Positions 58,000 through 64,000 of a stretch of DNA of 64,000 nucleotides are shown in pieces. The DNA is from Escherichia coli (lineage in GTDB: Bacteria > Pseudomonadota > Gammaproteobacteria > Enterobacterales > Enterobacteriaceae). The notes beneath the pieces are model-generated. The model saw only the letters and a program-made list of their open reading frames with translations. It was not told where the DNA came from and did no database searches. The first letter of the stretch is position 1, and each line of letters begins with the position of its first letter. The stretch lies in NCBI RefSeq assembly GCF_051903065.1, contig NZ_CP178438.1; one strand, given 5' to 3'. The position numbers and the translations under genes were made by a program.

Positions 58000-59798
58000 T
58001 AGTAGACATCTCGCTGATAACGGCGCTCTACGCGCAGCTCACTTAAAAATTCATCCGCCGCTTCGGTGTCCATACCACCAAATTCGGCAATCACTTCCAG
58101 AAGTGCCTGCTCAACGTCTTTCGCCATGCGATTAGCGTCGCCGCAGACATAAATGTGGGCACCGTCATTGATCCAGCGCCACAGCTCCGCGCCCTGTTCG
58201 CGTAGTTTGTCTTGTACGTAAACTTTTTCTTTTTGATCGCGCGACCAGGCGAGATCGATACGTGTCAGCACACCCTCTTTGACGTAGCGCTGCCACTCCA
58301 CCTGGTAGAGGAAATCTTCCGTAAAATGCGGGTTGCCAAAGAACAGCCAGTTTTTACCCGGTGCTTCATCGGCAGCACGTTGCTGCATAAAGGCGCGGAA
58401 CGGCGCGATACCGGTGCCTGGGCCAATCATAATCACCGGGGTTTCTGGATTGGCTGGTAGGCGGAAGTTATCGTTATGTTCGATAAATACGCGGAGTTCG
58501 CCCTCTTCTTCCACGCGGTCCGCAAGGAAGCTGGAGGCCCCCCCGGCACGGGCGCGGCCTTCCACGTCGTAACGCACCACACCAACGGTGACGTGTACTT
58601 CGTTCTCGACTTCCGCCTGCGAGGAGGCAATGGAATAGAGACGCGGCGTCAGCGGGCGCAGCAGATTAATTAGCGCTTCGGCATCAAGCTGTGCCGGGGA
58701 GAAACGCACCATGTCAACAATCGGCGTCGTCGCGGCGTAATGCTGTAACTTCGCTTTATCGCCCACCAGCGGCAGCAGTGTTTCACTGCGGGTAAGCGTG
58801 GCGTAATTCTCAACAATGTTGGCGGTGTTGACGGTCAGTTCGAAGTGCCACTGTAGCGCTTCGTTCAGAGGCAACGTTTTGCCCTCGACGGTGACAGGTT
58901 CATCGCCTTTCAGCCACAGCAGTTCGACAAGTTCTTTCACCAGTGCCGGATCGTTCTGATACCAGACACCCAGCGCGTCACCCGGCTGGTAACGCAGGCC
59001 CGAGTCACCTAAGTCAATTTCGATATGGCGAACGTCTTTTTCAGAGTTACGCCCGGTAATTTTCTGGTTAACAGAGAGGCTCGCCACCAGCGGCGAGTCT
59101 TTGCTGTACGGGCTGGTGTGGATTTCATTTACCGCGCCAGTAGCGACGGATTGCGAAGGTGCCGCGACAGGCGCACGCGATTTAAGCGCATCAACCACGC
59201 GAGCGCGCCACTCGCTGGCAGCGGTCTGGTATTCAACGTCGGCATCGACACGGTCGAGCAGGCGTTCACCGCCCAGTTCCGCCAGCTTGCTGTCAAAATC
59301 TTTCCCGGACTGGCAGAAAAATTCATAAGAGCTATCGCCGAGGCTAAACACGGCAAATGCGGTGTTTTCCAGCTTCGGCGCTTTTTTGGAGAACAGGAAC
59401 TTATGCAGCGCGACGGCTTCTTCCGGCGGTTCCCCTTCTCCTTGCGTTGACGTCACCACGATAAGCAGTTTTTCGCTGGCGATTTGTTTGAATTTATAGT
59501 CGCCCGCGTTCACCAGCTTAACGTTCAGTTTTGCCGTCAATAAATCATCGCGTAATGCTTCAGCAACCCGGCGCGCATTGCCGGTTTGCGAGGCGGAGAT
59601 AATAGTTATACCCGGCATTTCTGCGGCTGGCGCTGGCGTTGCTGCAAGCGCAGCAGGCTGCTGATTGAGCACGCCCCAGAAATAGCCAGAAACCCAGGCA
59701 AGCTGGGTGGGAGTTAAATCGGTCGTGGCCGCCTGAAGGCGTGCCAGTTGCTCCGGGTTCAACGGAAGCAACGCGGAAGGTGGGACCTGTGTCGTCAT
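57999..59798 (-). CDS. cysJ: Sulfite reductase flavoprotein subunit
   Basis: 599 aa; flavodoxin-like then FAD/NADPH-binding domains. Confidence 0.95.
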   Translation of the reverse strand: MTTQVPPSALLPLNPEQLARLQAATTDLTPTQLAWVSGYFWGVLNQQPAALAATPAPAAEMPGITIISASQTGNARRVAEALRDDLLTAKLNVKLVNAGDYKFKQIASEKLLIVVTSTQGEGEPPEEAVALHKFLFSKKAPKLENTAFAVFSLGDSSYEFFCQSGKDFDSKLAELGGERLLDRVDADVEYQTAASEWRARVVDALKSRAPVAAPSQSVATGAVNEIHTSPYSKDSPLVASLSVNQKITGRNSEKDVRHIEIDLGDSGLRYQPGDALGVWYQNDPALVKELVELLWLKGDEPVTVEGKTLPLNEALQWHFELTVNTANIVENYATLTRSETLLPLVGDKAKLQHYAATTPIVDMVRFSPAQLDAEALINLLRPLTPRLYSIASSQAEVENEVHVTVGVVRYDVEGRARAGGASSFLADRVEEEGELRVFIEHNDNFRLPANPETPVIMIGPGTGIAPFRAFMQQRAADEAPGKNWLFFGNPHFTEDFLYQVEWQRYVKEGVLTRIDLAWSRDQKEKVYVQDKLREQGAELWRWINDGAHIYVCGDANRMAKDVEQALLEVIAEFGGMDTEAADEFLSELRVERRYQRDVY

Positions 59799-60113
59799 GC
59801 GTCGTTATGTTCCAGTAAGCAAAGCTGTTTCTGCGCCCTGTCAGCGCCCATAAAACAGAAGAAAAGGTAAGGTTAACGGGGTGAACGGTGTGGATTAAAG
59901 ACGGGATAGCGATAACTAATAACCAAATCGACTAACCTGTTTTAGCAATAGTCTTTAACAACAAAATAGATTAACCAACCTAATGAAAAACAAATGAATT
60001 TAGCCAATCATTAAGATAAATCAGCGATTTTGCGCAACAAAGTCGTTTTAGATAATGCGAAAAAACAGCCTTTCCGGTACTCTACGGCGGTTTTATCGTC
60101 CTGTAGAGAAATT

Positions 60114-60479
60114 ATGATGTCCACCACGTTATTTAAAGATTTCACCTTCGAAGCCGCTCACCGCTTACCACACGTCCCGGAAGGGCATAAATGTGGTCGC
60201 CTGCACGGGCATTCCTTTATGGTGCGACTGGAAATTACCGGGGAAGTCGATCCGCATACGGGCTGGATTATCGATTTCGCTGAACTGAAAGCGGCGTTTA
60301 AGCCAACTTATGAGCGCCTCGATCACCATTATCTCAATGATATTCCAGGTCTGGAAAACCCGACCAGCGAAGTTTTAGCAAAATGGATTTGGGATCAGGT
60401 TAAACCCGTTGTGCCGCTGTTAAGTGCGGTGATGGTAAAAGAAACCTGCACCGCTGGTTGTATCTATCGCGGCGAATGA
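60114..60479 (+). CDS. queD: 6-carboxy-5,6,7,8-tetrahydropterin synthase (queuosine biosynthesis)
   Basis: ORF 60030..60479 begins with TTG; start placed at ATG 60114 ([18 protein letters not shown]), 121 aa; zinc motif HGH. Confidence 0.9.
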   Translation: MMSTTLFKDFTFEAAHRLPHVPEGHKCGRLHGHSFMVRLEITGEVDPHTGWIIDFAELKAAFKPTYERLDHHYLNDIPGLENPTSEVLAKWIWDQVKPVVPLLSAVMVKETCTAGCIYRGE

Positions 60480-60556
60480 TAAGAGTGTGTCGGCGGTCAA
60501 TTTCCCTTAAGTAACGCTATGTTAGGGTGTTGTGTTCAGGATATCTGGGGCATGAC

Positions 60557-61828
60557 ATGGAAGACGACTGCGACATTATTATTATTGGTGCCGGTATTGC
60601 AGGCACCGCTTGCGCGTTACGCTGCGCGCGAGCGGGTTTATCCGTTTTGTTACTGGAACGCGCTGAAATCCCCGGCAGCAAAAATCTTTCCGGCGGGCGG
60701 TTATATACCCATGCACTCGCGGAACTCCTCCCTCAGTTTCATCTGACCGCGCCTCTTGAACGACGCATCACTCACGAAAGCCTTTCCCTGTTAACGCCGG
60801 ATGGCGCAACGACGTTTTCCAGCTTACAGCCCGGCGGTGAATCCTGGAGTGTATTACGTGCACGGTTCGATCCGTGGCTGGTTGCCGAAGCCGAAAAAGA
60901 AGGTGTCGAATGTATCCCCGGAGCGACGGTGGATGCACTGTATGAAGAAAACGGCAGAGTGTGTGGTGTCATTTGTGGTGACGATATTCTCCGCGCCCGT
61001 TATGTGGTGCTGGCAGAAGGTGCCAACAGCGTCCTGGCTGAACGTCACGGATTAGTGACTCGTCCTGCTGGCGAAGCGATGGCGTTGGGGATCAAAGAAG
61101 TGCTGTCGCTGGAAACATCCGCTATTGAAGAACGTTTTCATCTGGAGAATAACGAAGGCGCAGCGTTGCTGTTCAGCGGCGGAATCTGTGATGACTTACC
61201 CGGCGGCGCATTTCTTTATACTAATCAACAAACGCTCTCGTTAGGGATTGTTTGCCCGCTCTCTTCCCTTACGCAAAGTCGTGTTCCGGCAAGCGAGCTG
61301 CTGGCTCGCTTTAAAACGCATCCGGCAGTTCGCCCGCTTATCAAAAACACGGAATCACTGGAGTATGGTGCGCATCTGGTGCCAGAAGGTGGCTTGCACA
61401 GTATGCCGGTGCAATACGCCGGTAACGGCTGGCTGCTGGTGGGCGATGCGTTGCGCAGTTGCGTCAATACCGGAATTTCTGTGCGCGGCATGGATACGGC
61501 GCTAACTGGCGCGCAGGCGGCGGCACAAACACTGATAAGCGCCTGCCAGCACTGCGAGCCGCAAAATCTGTTTCCGCTTTATCATCACAACGTAGAGCGC
61601 AGCCTGCTGTGGGATGTTCTACAGCGTTATCAGCATGTTCCGGCGCTTTTGCAACGCCCGGGATGGTACCGTACGTGGCCTGCGTTAATGCAGGATATTT
61701 CCCGCGATTTATGGGATCAGGGTGATAAACCTGTTCCACCGCTGCGCCAGTTACTCTGGCGTCATTTACGTCGTCATGGCTTGTGGCATCTGGCGGGCGA
61801 TGTTATCAGGAGTCTGCGATGTCTGTAG
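60557..61828 (+). CDS. ygcN: FAD-dependent oxidoreductase, FixC/ETF-QO-like
   Basis: ORF 60527..61828; start at MEDDCDIIIIGAGIAG (Rossmann GxGxxG), 423 aa. Confidence 0.82.
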   Translation: MEDDCDIIIIGAGIAGTACALRCARAGLSVLLLERAEIPGSKNLSGGRLYTHALAELLPQFHLTAPLERRITHESLSLLTPDGATTFSSLQPGGESWSVLRARFDPWLVAEAEKEGVECIPGATVDALYEENGRVCGVICGDDILRARYVVLAEGANSVLAERHGLVTRPAGEAMALGIKEVLSLETSAIEERFHLENNEGAALLFSGGICDDLPGGAFLYTNQQTLSLGIVCPLSSLTQSRVPASELLARFKTHPAVRPLIKNTESLEYGAHLVPEGGLHSMPVQYAGNGWLLVGDALRSCVNTGISVRGMDTALTGAQAAAQTLISACQHCEPQNLFPLYHHNVERSLLWDVLQRYQHVPALLQRPGWYRTWPALMQDISRDLWDQGDKPVPPLRQLLWRHLRRHGLWHLAGDVIRSLRCL

Positions 61829-62079
61829 CCCGTAATCTCTGGCGCGCTGCTGATGCGCCGCACATTGTTCCGGCTGACTCCGTTGAGCGCCAGACGGTAC
61901 AACGGTTGATTAACGCTTGTCCGGCTGGTCTTTTTTCGCTCACACCGGGAGGTGACTTACGCGTTGATTATCACGGCTGCCTGGAGTGTGGCACCTGCCG
62001 TTTGCTGTGCGACGAATCAACACTACAACAGTGGCGCTATCCGCCTTCCGGATTCGGCATCACCTACCGTTTTGGATAA
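61819..62079 (+). CDS. ygcO: FixX-like ferredoxin
   Basis: ORF 61783..62079; start at MSVARNL (86 aa); Cys motif CLECGTCRLLC; overlaps ygcN end. Confidence 0.78.
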   Translation: MSVARNLWRAADAPHIVPADSVERQTVQRLINACPAGLFSLTPGGDLRVDYHGCLECGTCRLLCDESTLQQWRYPPSGFGITYRFG

Positions 62080-62095
62080 ATAATAAGGATAATTT

Positions 62096-62671
62096 ATGCC
62101 CCTCTTACACCTGCTCCGCCAGAATCCGGTGATTGCTGCCGTTAAAGATAATGCCAGCCTGCAACTGGCAATCGATTCTGAATGCCAATTTATTTCCGTG
62201 TTGTACGGCAATATCTGCACCATCAGTAATATCGTTAAAAAGATTAAGAACGCCGGGAAATATGCTTTTATTCATGTTGATTTGCTGGAAGGCGCGTCAA
62301 ATAAAGAAGTCGTTATTCAGTTTTTGAAACTGGTGACCGAGGCGGACGGCATTATCAGTACCAAAGCCTCAATGTTGAAAGCGGCAAGAGCGGAAGGTTT
62401 TTTCTGTATTCATCGCCTGTTTATTGTTGATTCGATTTCGTTTCACAACATTGATAAGCAAGTTGCGCAATCGAATCCGGATTGTATTGAGATCCTGCCA
62501 GGCTGCATGCCCAAAGTGCTGGGCTGGGTGACGGAAAAAATCCGCCAACCGCTGATTGCTGGCGGGCTGGTATGCGATGAAGAAGATGCGCGTAATGCGA
62601 TTAACGCGGGTGTCGTGGCGCTTTCCACCACGAATACTGGGGTCTGGACGTTAGCGAAAAAATTGCTTTGA
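62096..62671 (+). CDS. ygcP: GlpP-like antiterminator-family protein
   Basis: 191 aa; position downstream of ygcO. Confidence 0.75.
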   Translation: MPLLHLLRQNPVIAAVKDNASLQLAIDSECQFISVLYGNICTISNIVKKIKNAGKYAFIHVDLLEGASNKEVVIQFLKLVTEADGIISTKASMLKAARAEGFFCIHRLFIVDSISFHNIDKQVAQSNPDCIEILPGCMPKVLGWVTEKIRQPLIAGGLVCDEEDARNAINAGVVALSTTNTGVWTLAKKLL

Positions 62672-62706
62672 CGGAATAATCGTAACGAATTGAATTTGTG
62701 TCATTT

Positions 62707-62790
62707 GTAGGCTGCACGCCACATCCGACATTCAGCGCCTGATGCGACGCTTGACGCGTCTTATCAGGCCTACAAGTCCCCAGGCCAGAA
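62707..62790. repeat. REP/BIME elements between convergent ygcP and ygcQ
   Basis: GCCTGATGCGACGCTTGACGCGTCTTATCAGGCCTACAAG plus flanking partial copies. Confidence 0.7.
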
Positions 62791-62817
62791 CCGTAGGCAG
62801 GATCATCCGGCAACACG

Positions 62818-63678
62818 TTATTGGCAATCTGCGTGAATGTTTGTCACCAGTGCCTCCAGCACCACTTTCCAGTCATCAACCACGCCAACATCTGCCTGTG
62901 AAAATACCGCTGCGCTGGCGTCATGATTAATCGCCACCACAAACTTGCTATTGCATACGCCCGCCATTAACGCTGCTGCGCCAGAAGCGCCAACAACAAT
63001 ACACACCTCAGGTGCCAGCAGATGTCCGGAAATACCAATCACTTTTTCAGCATCAACGCCACCGTTCATCACTCGCGCCCGACTGTAGCCCACTTCGGCT
63101 CCCAGCTTTTCTGCCAGCATAGCGATTTCCTGGTTATCTGCCACTCCGCCCTGCCCCACCACCAGCACCCATCTGGCCTCAGCTAATGGGTCGCGAGTAA
63201 CATTTTTCAGATCCTCTGTGCTAACCAGCCAGTCGGGAAGCGCACCTGGGACTATGTTCAGTTGCTGCATACCAGAGGGCAACGTGGCATTTTTATCTGT
63301 TCCCGCCTGGCGCGCCAGGGAAAGACATAGCGGGCGTTTTTCTGTTTGCAGCGTCGCCGTTAGCGCATTTCCCCAGTGGGATTTGCGCACGCTTACGGTT
63401 GGAATATCTAACGAAGTCACCTGGCAGATGCTTGCACCATGTAAACGCCAGGCCAGCCGGGTCGACAGTTCATCGCCAAACGTTCCCGGCGGAAAGAGAA
63501 CAACGTTCGCAGGCGTTCGCTGCCACTGTTCCACCAGCGCATCCAGCACCTGTTCCACCACTACGGGCTGTGGTTCTATTTGCCAGTGCGCCAGGGTACA
63601 ACCGCTGAAATCCTGCGCCGCCAGCCAGCCCGCTAATGCGGCATTATCCTGATTTATTGTCACAATTGCGATATTCAT
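62818..63678 (-). CDS. ygcQ: Electron transfer flavoprotein alpha-subunit-like (FixB-like)
   Basis: ORF 62818..63711; start at MNIAIVTINQ (286 aa). Confidence 0.8.
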   Translation of the reverse strand: MNIAIVTINQDNAALAGWLAAQDFSGCTLAHWQIEPQPVVVEQVLDALVEQWQRTPANVVLFPPGTFGDELSTRLAWRLHGASICQVTSLDIPTVSVRKSHWGNALTATLQTEKRPLCLSLARQAGTDKNATLPSGMQQLNIVPGALPDWLVSTEDLKNVTRDPLAEARWVLVVGQGGVADNQEIAMLAEKLGAEVGYSRARVMNGGVDAEKVIGISGHLLAPEVCIVVGASGAAALMAGVCNSKFVVAINHDASAAVFSQADVGVVDDWKVVLEALVTNIHADCQ

Positions 63679-64000
63679 GGCTGCATCCTTTGGCGTAAAT
63701 AGTCCTGCCATAGCTTTTGCGCTTTTTCTGCTACCGTTTGCCCATCAATCAGCGTCGCTCCGCGTCGTTGCTCTGCTCTTGCCAGTTGCAGACACTGCAT
63801 CGCTGGCAATTCGGCAGCAACAGTTTTACGGATAATTTCCGCTTTCCCCGCAGCCATTCGCTGGCGCATTCCCGGTACTGGCAAGGCCACTTCACCGCAC
63901 TGGCGCACGGCAATCACCGCAGGCAAGCGAATCCGACAACAGCGCAGCCCATGTTCAGTACGCTGTTCGAGGGTGATAAACGGCGCGTCGAGAGTGAAAC
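63675..64000 (-). CDS. ygcR: Electron transfer flavoprotein beta-subunit-like (FixA-like); C-terminal part only, start outside window
   Basis: Stop at 63675 overlaps ygcQ start; ORF-track start at 63926 is a TTG, so the real N-terminus is beyond position 64000. Confidence 0.7.
   Translation of the reverse strand, partial: FTLDAPFITLEQRTEHGLRCCRIRLPAVIAVRQCGEVALPVPGMRQRMAAGKAEIIRKTVAAELPAMQCLQLARAEQRRGATLIDGQTVAEKAQKLWQDYLRQRMQP

Overview
This window reads as an Escherichia coli chromosomal segment (about 51% GC, dense operons) from the gutQ/norRVW region through the formate hydrogenlyase and sulfate assimilation genes to ygcR. It contains a complete type I-E CRISPR-Cas locus, which is a well-described system; I found no undescribed system. 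Gene order (coordinates in features): gutQ' | norR <> norVW | BIME array | hypF-hydN | ascG <> ascFB | hycIHGFEDCBA <> hypABCDE-fhlA-(tandem Mop/TOBE gene) | ygbA <> mutS | pphB | UbiX/UbiD-type decarboxylase cassette (ecdBCD-like) + divergent MarR regulator | rpoS-nlpD-pcm-surE-truD-ispFD-ftsB-ygbE-cysCND <> iap | CRISPR array | leader | cas2-cas1-cas6e-cas5-cas7-cse2-cse1 | AT-rich intergenic | cas3 | hok-like toxin | cysHIJ <> queD-ygcNO-ygcP | ygcQR'. The most interesting points are a solitary CRISPR-repeat-like hairpin between cas3 and cse1 in the opposite orientation to the array, an intact Hok-family toxin ORF between cas3 and cysH, a tandem-Mop gene just downstream of fhlA, and the decarboxylase cassette in the mutS-rpoS segment where K-12 has ygbI-ygbN. 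Gene starts were refined from the ORF track by comparison with remembered protein N-termini, since the track includes TTG/GTG starts and often over-extends. All homology statements come from reading the translations; no database search was run.
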